A DNA stretch of 64,000 nt. It comes from an uncultured Verrucomicrobiae bacterium. GTDB lineage: Bacteria; Verrucomicrobiota; Verrucomicrobiia; Limisphaerales; UBA11358. Both the position numbers and the translations under genes were made by a program. Positions within the stretch are counted from its first letter, which is position 1; every line of letters starts with the position of its first letter. Where the stretch lies: contig CAWHLR010000016.1 in assembly GCA_963830235.1 (NCBI GenBank), forward strand, positions 28,474 to 92,473, written 5' to 3'. Below are positions 1-10,500 of this stretch, in pieces. The notes beneath the pieces are model-generated. The model had not been told where the DNA came from. It did no database searches and saw only the letters and a list, made by a program, of their open reading frames with translations.

Positions 1-54
1 ACGCTCGCAGAGCGCCGCTACATCATTTGCAGAAGTCGCTTTCGCCTCGCACCG

Positions 55-635
55 TCAGTGAGGAATGCGCATGGAATCCAAACTTTTCCTGGCTTGTTCG
101 ATCAAGGTCTGGAACTGGGCAAGCTGGGCCGGCGTAATTAAGATTCGCACGCTGTTTACGCTGCGGTCCTGCAGAAAGAACTGAATGGCGCCCCGGCGCT
201 GGCTGGTGTAGGCGCCGACCCGAAGCCCGGACTTGGTGGTGTAGCTGGCATAAAAGTCGGGCAGGGTCGTCACGTTGTAGTCAATTTTGGCGAGGTAATT
301 CAGGCCGTTGAGCAGCGAATCCAATTTCGTCATAGTCCACCAACAACCTTTCCGCTCGCTGGTTGCCCTCGGTGATCTCGACGGCCACGACCATATACCT
401 TGCGGCCGGTGCCGACTTCAGTGATTCCTTGCTGACGCACCGAGATTACGGCTTGCCGATGGACATCGAGCCGGTCTGGCTGGAGCCCTTGACGATGACC
501 GCATTCCGGTCTGGGCCTCAAACACCTCAATTTCGGTCTTGGGCGCGTTGGTGACCTGGGCGCGGGAGACAAAAACGGGCAGGCAGCGGCGGCAATCAAA
601 ACGATCAAAATGTACGCAAAATTTCGTCCGGACAT
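55..635 (-). CDS. Hypothetical exported protein, split across frames (probable indel errors)
   Basis: Signal-peptide-like N-terminus (MSGRNFAYILIVLIAAAACP) in 330..635 and a protein-like C-terminus (LLNGLNYLAKIDYNVTTLPDFYASYTTKSG) in 55..333 overlap; the reading appears to shift frame between them. Confidence 0.55.
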
Positions 636-834
636 GAAAAAATGGTTTTACCGTTAAGGATTAAACTCCGCAATCATGGGAAAGCTTCTCAGCGTCTGGC
701 GGTCGCGTCTCAACACCACCAACCGGAAACAACTCCCAGGGAGAAAGTTTGGCCTGCGTGGGTCAAAATGCGCCAAGTCGGCGTTGCTTTTAAGATTGAA
801 TTTTTGGCTGATTCGTGGCTTTATACAGAGCGGG

Positions 835-909
835 GCGCGCTTAGCTCAGCGGTAGAGCACCAGTATCACACACTGGGGGTCGCAGGTTCAAAACCTGCAG
901 CGCGCACCA
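835..909 (+). tRNA. tRNA-Val(CAC)
   Basis: Acceptor stem GCGCGCT/AGCGCGC, D arm GCTC/GAGC, anticodon stem CCAGT/ACTGG with loop ATCACAC (anticodon CAC at 867-869), T arm GCAGG-TTCAAAA-CCTGC, encoded CCA end. Confidence 0.95.
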
Positions 910-985
910 TTCTTCAGTCATATCTTGACCCCGAATTAAAAAAATGGCGGTGGCATGGGCTTGGTGCTCTGACCGGCCCGATGGA

Positions 986-1005
986 GTCCGAATAGGTGTT
1001 CAGCC
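986..1005. other. Putative recombination site A (GTCCGAA-TAGGTG-TTCAGCC)
   Basis: Same AA-N6-TT layout and same TAGGTG spacer as the site at 1184-1202. Confidence 0.45.
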
Positions 1006-1183
1006 GGAACTTCGTTTCGAGCTGCCAACTGACCACAATTCGCGAAGTGAACAATCCCGTTTGGGGCACCCATCTGGTGGCGGCTTTGGGAAGGCAAATC
1101 AAGTCGAAGACTCGGTTCTGAGGACGCGAAAACGGAAAAGAAATCTTTTCCGTCAGGGTATGCTTTTTCTTGTTGACCGTCCG

Positions 1184-1208
1184 GGCTTAATAGGTGTTAG
1201 CCCGATAC
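1184..1208. other. Putative recombination site B, downstream boundary of the cassette (contains R''-like GGCTAAC on the minus strand)
   Basis: GGCTTAA-TAGGTG-TTAGCCCGATAC; 1195-1208 is a perfect 14-bp inverted repeat of 1585-1598. Confidence 0.6.
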
Positions 1209-1214
1209 GTCATG

Positions 1215-1577
1215 TCATTTCTCTCGTGGGTGCTCTGCCAAATAAGCTGTGACATTGGAAAGGATCAGGCTGCTCGGAGTCCACTCGTAGCCCAAGTCGT
1301 GCAAATCCTGAACGCCCTGAATATACACCCGCATATGTGTCATGGCGCGCTTGCGAAGGTCGGCAATATCTTCGGCGCGTCCAGAGTCCAATGCGTGCAA
1401 CGAATATAAATAGCCACGAACTTCCAACTGCTCGGCATTCTGAGCATCCACTAACTGGTCCTGGGTCATCTCATCGCCTATCTTGTGAAGCGCCCTCCGA
1501 AGTCCGACGCGATGACCGACAGCAAACCCCAAAGCAAACATCAGCAGGCAAAATAAAATGGCGACGAATTTTTTCAT
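1215..1577 (-). CDS. Integron gene-cassette protein, N-terminal membrane anchor, unknown function
   Basis: 120-aa ORF with hydrophobic N-terminus, divergent from intI; start lies about 20 bp after a GTTAGCC core site and stop is followed by GGCTAAC. Confidence 0.75.
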   Translation of the reverse strand: MKKFVAILFCLLMFALGFAVGHRVGLRRALHKIGDEMTQDQLVDAQNAEQLEVRGYLYSLHALDSGRAEDIADLRKRAMTHMRVYIQGVQDLHDLGYEWTPSSLILSNVTAYLAEHPREK

Positions 1578-1584
1578 AGGCGCA

Positions 1585-1609
1585 GTATCGGGCTAACAGG
1601 TATTCGGCC
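1585..1609 (-). other. attI-like site C
   Basis: Minus strand GGCCGAA-TACCT-GTTAGCC (L box, 5-bp spacer, GTT core) between the cassette and the intI start, the position expected for attI. Confidence 0.6.
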
Positions 1610-1718
1610 AAACCGCAGTTTGGCCTAAGTCGGGAAGCAAGACCCTTGCTTTCTTTGCCATGTCGTTAAAATAAGCTGGTTTACGCAAAAATGGCAAGTT
1701 ATATGTTTGGCCTAATTC

Positions 1719-2265
1719 ATGAATGCAAATCGCGGGTATTTTCCGGGGCGTCAAACCTTTGCGGCAGAAACTACGGTCCGGCAAAGGAAGCCTTTGGGGC
1801 GGCTGGTTCCCAATCCCAAGTTGAAGTTTCTGGATCAGTGCCGGGAAGTGATGCGGTTCAAGCAATTGTCGCATCGGACGGAGGAAACGTATCTCCAATG
1901 GATTCGGCGGTTTATCTTGTTTCATCGCAGAGCGGTCCCTGGCGGCGCGCACGGAGTGACGCGCCCTGCCGGCGGCTGGATTTGGCGGCATCCGAAGGAA
2001 ATGGGCGAGGTGGAAGTGCGGGCCTTTTTGACGGACTTGGCGGCGCGGCTTCAAGTGGGTGCGGCCACACAGAATCAGGCGTTGAATGCTTTGTTATTTC
2101 TCTATCGCGAGGTGTTGGGTGTGGAATTTGCTGGAAAATGGTTATGATATTCGGACGGTGCAGGATTTGCTCGGGCATAAAGACGTCAGCACCACCCAAA
2201 TCTATACTCACGTGATGCAGAAGCCGGGGATTGGCGTGCGCAGTCCGCTGGATGTGGGCGGTTGA
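1719..2265 (+). pseudogene. intI: Integron integrase with large internal deletion
   Basis: N-terminal SAM-like part (LDQCREVMRFKQLSHRTEETYLQWIRRF...[18 protein letters not shown]) joined out of frame at about 2128 to the C-terminal part [29 protein letters not shown]...SPLD; the central catalytic R and HxxR region is absent. Confidence 0.9.
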
Positions 2266-2406
2266 AAGTTGATGGTTGAAGGTTGAAGGTTGAGAGTCGA
2301 AGGCTCGCGTAAATCGCTTCGCTCCACGCGGTGAGAAACATCGAACATTCAACATCGAACAACGAACAACGAACATCGAACCCTCAACCCTCAACCCTCA
2401 ACATCG
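2261..2406. repeat. Inverted arrays of degenerate heptamer repeats
   Basis: GTTGAAG/GTTGAGA-type units at 2261-2303 facing CATCGAA/CAACGAA/CCCTCAA units at 2339-2406. Confidence 0.8.
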
Positions 2407-2503
2407 GAACGAGACGGGCGGGACGCGCTGTCCTACGTCAGTTTCTGTTCACATTCCGGGGCTGGCGGTTGGCAATTTTCGAGGACGAGGACGAAGCGGC
2501 TGG

Positions 2504-3433
2504 TTAGAACACTTCGGCTTTGAGGCCGGAGACGTGGCGGACGGTGTGGGCGATGTGGGAAAGGGTTTTGAGCGGCAGGTGTCCGCACTCGGCATGAGAC
2601 ATCGGCCGGGTGGCGGAGTAAATTTGCACGAGGGGAATGTCCGCGCCGCCGGATTTCAATTCCTTGAGGCGATGGGCGAATTCCTCGATTTCGCGGGCCG
2701 GCGGTTCTTCGCCGTTGATGGCGGGGAAGAGGCTTTGGATGATCACGGGGCGCTGGCGGGCGACGAGCAGGATGTTGGAGAGCACCTTGTCCAGCGGCAC
2801 GTTGGACCGGTCCACCCGGCTGAAAAAATCCGGCGTGCCGCCGTCGAGCTTGGCCCAGATTTCGTCGGACTTGGTGAAATGTTTCAAGCCCTGCTGCACG
2901 TGGGGCTGGTCCAGCCCGGTGCCGTTGGTAATGAGCACGATTTTGAAGAAGGGAAATTCGCCGAGCGCCCGGATGTGCACGATGGATTCAACGGCCTGGG
3001 CAAAATTCGGCGCGAGGGTCGGCTCGCCGTCGCCGCTCAAGGCCACATGACGCAGCGTCAACAATTCCTCCGGCAGGGCGGAGTAAAAGGGGCGTTCGCG
3101 CAATTTTCCCGCCAGCACAAACGCGAGCGTCTTGTGCAGTTCGGCGGCCATCGCATCCACGTCCAGCTTCGTCTTGCGCGGAGCATTCCGGCGGTCCACC
3201 TCGCAATAGAGGCAGTCGAAGCTGCAGGATTTGTCGGGGGTCATGTTCACGCCCAGCGACAAGCCGTGGGCGCGGGCGGAGATGACCGCGTAAACGAAGC
3301 GGTTGTTGAGGAAATCTCGCGGGCAGCCGAAGGCCGTCTCTGGAATCGCAACGCGGTCTTTCCCGTTGGACGGCCTGGTTGGGGTCGGATTCAAGTTTTT
3401 TTGGATGGCGGCTTCCACAATTCTTATTGACAC
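2504..3433 (-). CDS. Radical SAM protein
   Basis: CxxxCxxC motif (CSFDCLYC), SGDGEPT motif, ITNG. Confidence 0.9.
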   Translation of the reverse strand: MSIRIVEAAIQKNLNPTPTRPSNGKDRVAIPETAFGCPRDFLNNRFVYAVISARAHGLSLGVNMTPDKSCSFDCLYCEVDRRNAPRKTKLDVDAMAAELHKTLAFVLAGKLRERPFYSALPEELLTLRHVALSGDGEPTLAPNFAQAVESIVHIRALGEFPFFKIVLITNGTGLDQPHVQQGLKHFTKSDEIWAKLDGGTPDFFSRVDRSNVPLDKVLSNILLVARQRPVIIQSLFPAINGEEPPAREIEEFAHRLKELKSGGADIPLVQIYSATRPMSHAECGHLPLKTLSHIAHTVRHVSGLKAEVF

Positions 3434-3519
3434 GATAAGTCTGCGGCGAAAGCGTCACTACACGGCTCTTGGCAAAATGCCCACATTCCTTGCCCGGCGG
3501 TTGAAGTCAGGAGGCAAGG

Positions 3520-3594
3520 ATGGGAGCGCCGGCGTTCTGCCGGCCAGTTGGGAGCCGAAAACGGAACACGCCGGCGGGACGCCAGCGCTCCCAG
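3520..3594. repeat. REP-like inverted pair
   Basis: TGGGAGCGCCGGCGTTCTGCCGGC ... GCCGGCGGGACGCCAGCGCTCCCA, intergenic. Confidence 0.75.
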
Positions 3595-3743
3595 GAACCG
3601 CGCCGGGTTTAAGAGTCTGTTTTTTTCGGAAATCTCCGCGCGCTGCCGCGGAACGCCGCATGTCTGTGGCAGCAAGCCCGCGGATATTTAACGGCCGGAT
3701 AAATCCGGCGTTCCGGCCGAAACGATGCGACGGTCGGCGCGGC

Positions 3744-4496
3744 TCAACCAGCGCGGAGGGAACTCAGCGCGGCGAGGGTGCGCTGGTAAATTTCCTCCGG
3801 CGTGCCCTCGGCTTCGACGGTCACCAGCAAACCGCGTTTCTGGTAAAAATCAATCAGCGGTTTGGTGCTTTTTTCATAGACCTCCATGCGCACCTTGACG
3901 GCTTCGGGCCGGTCGTCCTCGCGCTGCTCGAGTTGGGTTCCGCAATGGTTGCAGACGCCCTCGACGCGCGGGGGGAGCGTGGTGACGTGATAGCCGGCCT
4001 TGCACTTGGGGCAGGTGCGCCGGCCGGCCAGGCGCGCGACGATTTTGGCAATGGGCAGTTCGTAATTGAGGACGGCGTCGAGCGAAATTTTTTCCCGCTC
4101 CATGATTTTGGCGAAGGCCTCGGCCTGCGGGGCGGTGCGCGGAAAGCCGTCGAGCAAAAATCCGGCTTCACAACGGAGGCAGGCCGTGCGTTCGGCAATG
4201 AGGTCGAGGACGGTCTGGTCGGGGACGAGGTCGCCGCGTTTCATGTAGCCCAGCGCGGATTCCAGTGCCGGGCTGCGCTCGCCCTCGGGGAGGGATTTGG
4301 CGGCGCGGAAGATGTCGCCGGTGGAGAGGTGGCAGGTGCCGAGGCGTTCGCAGAGCAGTTCGGCCTGGGTGCCCTTGCCCACGCCGGGCGCGCCCAGCAG
4401 CACCAGGCGGTAAAGGTGCGCGGAACGCTGTGGAAGAATGTCGCATTTGACGGGGCCGCCCTTGATCCAGGCTACTTTAATCTTTTGTGTGCTCAT
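3744..4496 (-). CDS. adk: Adenylate kinase with zinc-binding lid
   Basis: GAPGVGKGTQA, HLSTGDIFR, LDGFPRT, lid CxxC...CxxC, REDD; likely ATG at 4496. Confidence 0.93.
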   Translation of the reverse strand: MSTQKIKVAWIKGGPVKCDILPQRSAHLYRLVLLGAPGVGKGTQAELLCERLGTCHLSTGDIFRAAKSLPEGERSPALESALGYMKRGDLVPDQTVLDLIAERTACLRCEAGFLLDGFPRTAPQAEAFAKIMEREKISLDAVLNYELPIAKIVARLAGRRTCPKCKAGYHVTTLPPRVEGVCNHCGTQLEQREDDRPEAVKVRMEVYEKSTKPLIDFYQKRGLLVTVEAEGTPEEIYQRTLAALSSLRAG

Positions 4497-4884
4497 ATCG
4501 TATTGACGGAAAATTTTCTTTTCAACCCGTCCAGTGTGTTGGAAAAATCGGGCTGATTCAAGCCGTATTTGAATCCAGGCCAATAAAAACGGTGTCTTGG
4601 TCAAAAACGGGTGAGGGGAGGTTGGGCGGGGATTCGTGTTTGTAAACATTGGCTCCTCACCAGGAACTGCGTTCCGGGCAACGCGGCAAGATTTTTCGCA
4701 ATAATGCCAAACTTTTCTTTTCAGCGGGGTGGCAGGTAAGGTATAAAATGGCGTATGCAAACCATCGGTGCCCGTCTCCGGCGGGCTTTCGCAACGTTGC
4801 ATTTGTCTTCAAACGAGCCGCACTCCTTTGATGAGTCGCGGGCGATTGCAGTTCCATCGTTTCCAAATTGAAAGAAATTCCCCT

Positions 4885-6981
4885 ATGAAAAATTACGCTC
4901 CAGCAGACATCCGTAACTTCGCCGTCGTCGGTCACGCCTCGTCCGGCAAGACGATGCTCTGCGAAGCCATGCTCGCGTGCGGCGGCGTCATCAACCGCAT
5001 GGGCCGCATTGCCGACGGCTCGACGGTGTCGGATTATCACGTCAGCGAAAAGAACCGGCAGATTTCGGTCTCGGCATCGCTGCTGCACACGGAGTGGGCG
5101 GGCAAGAAGCTCAACATCATTGACACGCCGGGTTACCTCGATTTCATCAGTGAAGGGCTGGGCGCATTACGCGTTGGCGATTTTGCGCTGGTGGTGATTC
5201 ACGCGCAACACGGGGTCAGCGTGGGCACCGACCGGGTATGGGATTACGCGACGCGGTATGGGATTCCGAAGATGATCGTGGTGAACGGGATGGACAAGGA
5301 GCATGTGGATTTCGACGCGGTGGTGAAACAGGTGCAGGAACGGTTTGGCCGGCATGTTTTTCCGTTGAGCGTGCCGGTGAATCCCGGCCCCGGCTTCAAT
5401 CGCGCCCTGGACGTGTTGCGCAACGAGGTGGTGACCTACGCGGCCGATTTCAGCGGCAAATTCAAGGAGGAAGCGGCGACCGGCGAATTGGAAACCCAGG
5501 TCAAGGAATTGCACCGCCAGTTGATCGAGCACATCGCCGAGTCTGACGACGCGCTGATGAACAAGTTTTTCGAGCAGGGCAGTTTGACGGAAGAAGAATT
5601 CCGCGCCGGCATCCACGCGGCGGTGCAAAAGGAATCGTTGATTCCGCTGTTTTGCACGTCGGCGGAAAACAACATCGGCGTCGCGCGCCTGATGGATTTC
5701 ATCGCCAAATACGGTTCGTCGCCGGTGGACCGCAAGAAGGTCAAGGCCGTCAATGCCAACGACGCGGAAGTGGAGGTGGGTTTGGAGGATGCCGAACCGG
5801 TGCTTTACATTTTCAAGACGATGTCCGAGGCGCATTTTGGCGAGCTGTCATTCTTCCGCGTCTATTCGGGGTCGGTTTCCACCGGCATGGACTTGTACAA
5901 CAGCGACCGCAAGACCAACGAGCGCATCGGGCAGATTTACCTGCTCAACGGCCAGACTCGCGAGGCGGTCAACACTCTCGGCGCCGGCGACATCGCGGCA
6001 GCCGTCAAACTCAAGGACACGCACACCGGCAACACGCTTTGCCACGCGAAAAAGGCCGTGACGCTGCCCAAGGTGGTTTATCCCAAGCCGAACATCCACG
6101 CCTCGCTGGTCGCCAAGGTGAAGGGCGAGGAGGACAAAATCGCCTCCGGCCTGGCCGCGTTGCACAATGAAGACCCGACGTTCCTTTATTTCGTGGATGC
6201 CGAACTGCACCAGACCGTCATCTCCGCGCAGGGTGAATTGCATTTGGAGGTCGTGGCCGACCGTTTGCGCCGCCGGCACAATGTACACGTGGAATTGACC
6301 GAGCCGCGGGTGCGTTATCGCGAAACCATCAAGGGCAAGGGCGACTCGAAATACCGTCACAAGAAGCAGACCGGCGGTTCCGGGCAGTTCGCCGAGGTCT
6401 GGATGCGCATCGAGCCCAAACCGCGCGACTCGGGTCTGGAGTTCACCAATTCGCTGGTTGGCCAGAACGTGGACCGCACGTTTGTGCCGTCGGTCGAGAA
6501 GGGCGTCAACCAGGCCTGCACCGAAGGCATCCTCGCCGGCTGCCGCGTGACGGACGTGAAGGTTGATTTTTACGACGGCAAGATGCACCCGGTGGATTCC
6601 AAGGACATCGCGTTCCAGATTGCCGGTTACTTTGCATTCAAGGAGGCGTTTACAGCGGCCAAGCCGTGCCTGCTGGAGCCGATCAACAACGTTGAAATCC
6701 AGATTCCGGATGACTGCATGGGCAAGGTGATGGGCGATCTATCGTCCCGGCGCGGGCGGATCCAAGGCATCGAGGCCGACGGTGGATTCCAGGTCATCAA
6801 GGCGCAGGTGCCGGCCAAGGAACTGTACCATTATTCGAGCACCCTGCGGTCACTGACCGGCGGGCGCGGCGTGCACAGCGAGGATTTCAGCCATTACGAG
6901 GAAATGCCGCGCGACGCGGCGGAAAAGGTGATTGAAGAAGTGAAGAAAAAGAAAGCTGCCACCGCCGCCGAATCGCATTGA
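4885..6981 (+). CDS. fusA: Elongation factor G family protein (stand-alone, EF-G2-like paralog)
   Basis: GHASSGKT, DTPG, KKQTGGSGQFA, DGKMHPVDS, MGDLSSRRG; not in an rpsL-rpsG-tuf operon. Confidence 0.9.
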   Translation: MKNYAPADIRNFAVVGHASSGKTMLCEAMLACGGVINRMGRIADGSTVSDYHVSEKNRQISVSASLLHTEWAGKKLNIIDTPGYLDFISEGLGALRVGDFALVVIHAQHGVSVGTDRVWDYATRYGIPKMIVVNGMDKEHVDFDAVVKQVQERFGRHVFPLSVPVNPGPGFNRALDVLRNEVVTYAADFSGKFKEEAATGELETQVKELHRQLIEHIAESDDALMNKFFEQGSLTEEEFRAGIHAAVQKESLIPLFCTSAENNIGVARLMDFIAKYGSSPVDRKKVKAVNANDAEVEVGLEDAEPVLYIFKTMSEAHFGELSFFRVYSGSVSTGMDLYNSDRKTNERIGQIYLLNGQTREAVNTLGAGDIAAAVKLKDTHTGNTLCHAKKAVTLPKVVYPKPNIHASLVAKVKGEEDKIASGLAALHNEDPTFLYFVDAELHQTVISAQGELHLEVVADRLRRRHNVHVELTEPRVRYRETIKGKGDSKYRHKKQTGGSGQFAEVWMRIEPKPRDSGLEFTNSLVGQNVDRTFVPSVEKGVNQACTEGILAGCRVTDVKVDFYDGKMHPVDSKDIAFQIAGYFAFKEAFTAAKPCLLEPINNVEIQIPDDCMGKVMGDLSSRRGRIQGIEADGGFQVIKAQVPAKELYHYSSTLRSLTGGRGVHSEDFSHYEEMPRDAAEKVIEEVKKKKAATAAESH

Positions 6982-7026
6982 GGCGACCGGTGTTGGTGGC
7001 GCGATTGGCGCCGGCAAAAACAACGC

Positions 7027-7278
7027 TCAGTGCGCCGCAACCGTGGCGCGGCTGACCGCGGAATAAAGCGCGTCCTTGAGCTTGGCGCGCTTGAATTTCA
7101 GTTCGTCAATTTCCTGGTCGGTGGCGAACTCAATTTCCTCCTCAATGCGGCAAATGGCGTCGTCCAGGTGGTGATATTCCTCAAACCTTTGGCGGAATTG
7201 ATTGTCGCTCAGGCGCAGGTGGCGGACGGTTTCGCGATGTTCGGGGAATTCACTCAGGAACGGATGATGTATGTCCAT
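7027..7278 (-). CDS. YdcH/DUF465 family small coiled-coil protein
   Basis: EFPEHRETVRHLRLSDNQF...EEYHHLDDAI...LKFKRAKLKD pattern. Confidence 0.8.
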   Translation of the reverse strand: MDIHHPFLSEFPEHRETVRHLRLSDNQFRQRFEEYHHLDDAICRIEEEIEFATDQEIDELKFKRAKLKDALYSAVSRATVAAH

Positions 7279-7596
7279 AGTCTGTTAATGTGACTTTTGT
7301 GTAACTTTGACAGTTCACTGACCGCTTCGTTTGAACTTAATGAATAAATTTTTCCTGTCAAGCGCCTTGCCGGAAAATTGGCAAAATATTTTTACGAATT
7401 GACCGTGGCGTTGATCCGAGGCCGCCGAAGGCCAATCGGAAATGGCAAAAACCATTTCAGTCCCGGCCTCAAGTTGATGGCCAGAGTCCGGCGCGGCGCA
7501 CGCTCCGGCAGCCTTTTCCCAAAAACCGCCCGGCCCAAATAGGCCCGATTAAAATGGAATTTGGTATAAAAAATGCGACATTTTGGTGTCATCACC

Positions 7597-10500
7597 ATGA
7601 AAAATATTCTCTCAACCATCCTGGTTTTTACCCTCCTTTCCCTTCCCGCAACCGCGCAGGTGCGCATCACCGAGTTTATGGCCAGCAACACGCAGACGCT
7701 CCTGGATGAGGACGGAGACTCCTCGGATTGGATTGAAATCCAGAACACGTCAACCAACAGCGTCAATCTGTTGAACTGGGCGCTGACCGACAGCGCGGGC
7801 AATCCGGGCAAATGGCGTTTCCCGGCCACCAACATTCCGCCCGAAATCGTTTATGATCGTCTTTGCCTCCGGCAAGGATCGCGCCACGCCCGGCCAGGAA
7901 TTGCACACGAACTTCAAACTTTCCGCCGAGGGCGAATATCTGGCGATGTTCGGGCCGGACGGCTCGGTGGCCACGGAAATCACGCCTCAGTTTCCGCCGC
8001 AATTCCCGGATGTTTCCTACGGCATCGGCATGCAACTGGTCACGACCAACCTGGTGGCGACGAACGCGGCGATTCATTATTTGATCCCCCAAAATTCATC
8101 CGTTAATGCCACCTGGACCCAGACAAATTTCAATGATTCAAGCTGGCCGGCGGGAACCAACGGGATCGGCTACGAAACCGGCATCACCGATCCGCAGGAG
8201 GAATCGTTCGCCGCGAAAATTCTGGCGACACAGCCGGAGGCGTACTGGCGATTGAACGAAACCAATGGCCCGACGGCGGTGAATCTCGGGAGCGGTGGCG
8301 TATCGGACAATGGGGGCTATGTGGGCGGAATTGTTTTGGGCGGCGCCGGCCCGCGCCCGCCGGCATTTCCCACGCTCGAGGCCAACAACAACGCGCCGAC
8401 TTTTGATGGCTCAAGCGCTTACGTCAATGGCCCGTATGAACTGGTGGACGATCTGCCGGCGTTCACGATTGGGGGTTGGATTTATCCGACCGCCGCCCAA
8501 AACAGCCGCACTGGATTGTTCGGCCAGAATGACACGATTGAATTTGGTTTCATCTCATCGGGGACCATCCAAATCTGGTCGCCCGCTGGAACGGTGTCTG
8601 TCAATTATCCCTTCGCCAACAATACATGGCACCATGTCATGGCGGTCGGCGGCAATGGACAAATTTCCATTTATCTCGATGGCGTTCTTGCCGGAACCAG
8701 TTCCACCTCCGGAGCCAATTTTGGCGAGTCGCTCTTTGATTTTAACATCGGTGGCGGCGGCGTTTTTGATCCGACTGGGAATTATTTCAAGGGCCAGATT
8801 GACGAGGTGGCCGTCTGGTTCCGGGCCCTGGCCACGAACGAAATCACCGCGCTGTTCTCGACCAATGCCGAGCAGGTCAGCTACACCAATTACATCAACA
8901 CCGACGTGCGGACGCCCATGTACGGCTCCAACGCCACCGCCTACGTCCGCATCCCATTCACGATTTCCGGCACCAACACGTTTGACAGCCTGCAATTGCT
9001 CATGCGCTACGACGACGGGTTTGCCGCTTATTTGAACGGCCATTTGATTGCCAGCGCCAATGCGCCCTTATCGCTCGCGTGGAATTCCACCGCCACCCAG
9101 CGGCATCTTGATCCGCAGGCGGTGCAATGGGCGGCCTTCGATGTCAGCGCGGCGCGAGCCTGGCTGCAGCCGGGCAACAACGTGCTGGCCATCCAGGCGT
9201 TGAACATCGCCGCGACCAACACCGATTTTCTCATGCAGGCGCAACTGGCCGGCCAGAGCGTACCGGATTCTGCCGCCGGCTGGAGATTTTTCTCCGGCCC
9301 GACTCCCGGCGCGCCCAACGGAACCAGCACGAATGATTTTGGCCCGATCATGTCCGGGGCCTCTCATTCGCCCAACGTGCCGGCGGCAGGCGGCGCGCTC
9401 GCTGTCACCGCGCAGGCCGTGCCGGGATTCTACGCCATTTCCAATGTCACGCTGCATTACCGGGTGATGTTTAATTCCGAAGTTTCCGTGCCGATGAGCC
9501 TGGCCAGCACCAACGGCACCTGGACCGGTACCATCCCCGGCGGCGTCGCGACGGCGGGACAATTGCTCCGTTATTACGTAACCGCCGTGGACACCAACGG
9601 CAATGCTTCGCGCTGGCCGATTTTCCCCGACCCGACCGATTCGCAGCAGTATTTCGGAACCGTGGTGGCCGATCCTTCCATCCAGTCGCAACTGCCCGTC
9701 GCTTATCTGTTCATCCAAGACACGACCTCCGCCGACAACCAGACCGGCACCCAGGCGTCGCTGTTTTATCTGAACGAGCTTTACGACAACCTCAACATCT
9801 ACGTTCACGGCCAGTCCTCTGTTTACTGGCCCAAGAAAAGCCACAACCTGGATTTTCCCAAGGACCACCAGTTTCTCTACACGCCCGGCGGTACCCGGGA
9901 AAGCAAGGTCATCTTCATCAGCAACTACGGCGACAAGGCGCGGATGTGCACCACGCTGACTTACGCGGCAGCCACCCTGTCCGGTGGCGTGAGCATGTTC
10001 TCCTTCCCGATCCGCATCCATCTCAACGGCTCGTTCTGGGGTATCGAGGACATGGTCGAACACGGCGATGACTTGTGGCTCGACCGCATCGGCCGCGACG
10101 GCAACGGCGCGCTTTACAAGATGTACAACGACATGAGCTATGCGTCGGGCAACGAAAAGAAAACGCGTGAATGGGAAGGCACGGACGATTTGACGGCGTT
10201 GATTACCAACCTGGACGAATCTGTTCCGCTGACCAACCGCGTGCTGTATGCCTGGGACAATCTGGATTTGCCGCAAACCGCCAGTTATTTCGCGGACATG
10301 GCCCTCGCCAGCAGCCAGGATGTCGCGAAAAAGAATTATTATCTCTACCGCGACACTGAAGGCACTGGCGAATGGGCAATCACGCCGTGGGACGTGGACC
10401 TGACCTGGGGCCGGAACTGGATTGATGCCAGCGGCTATTTCACTGACACGATTTACACGAACAACGTGCTCACTTTCTACAACCAGGCCGAGCAGGCCAA

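Noticed and set aside
2261-2406. CRISPR array
   Set aside because: Units are degenerate heptamers without unique spacers and there are no cas genes; the same applies to the other short-unit arrays
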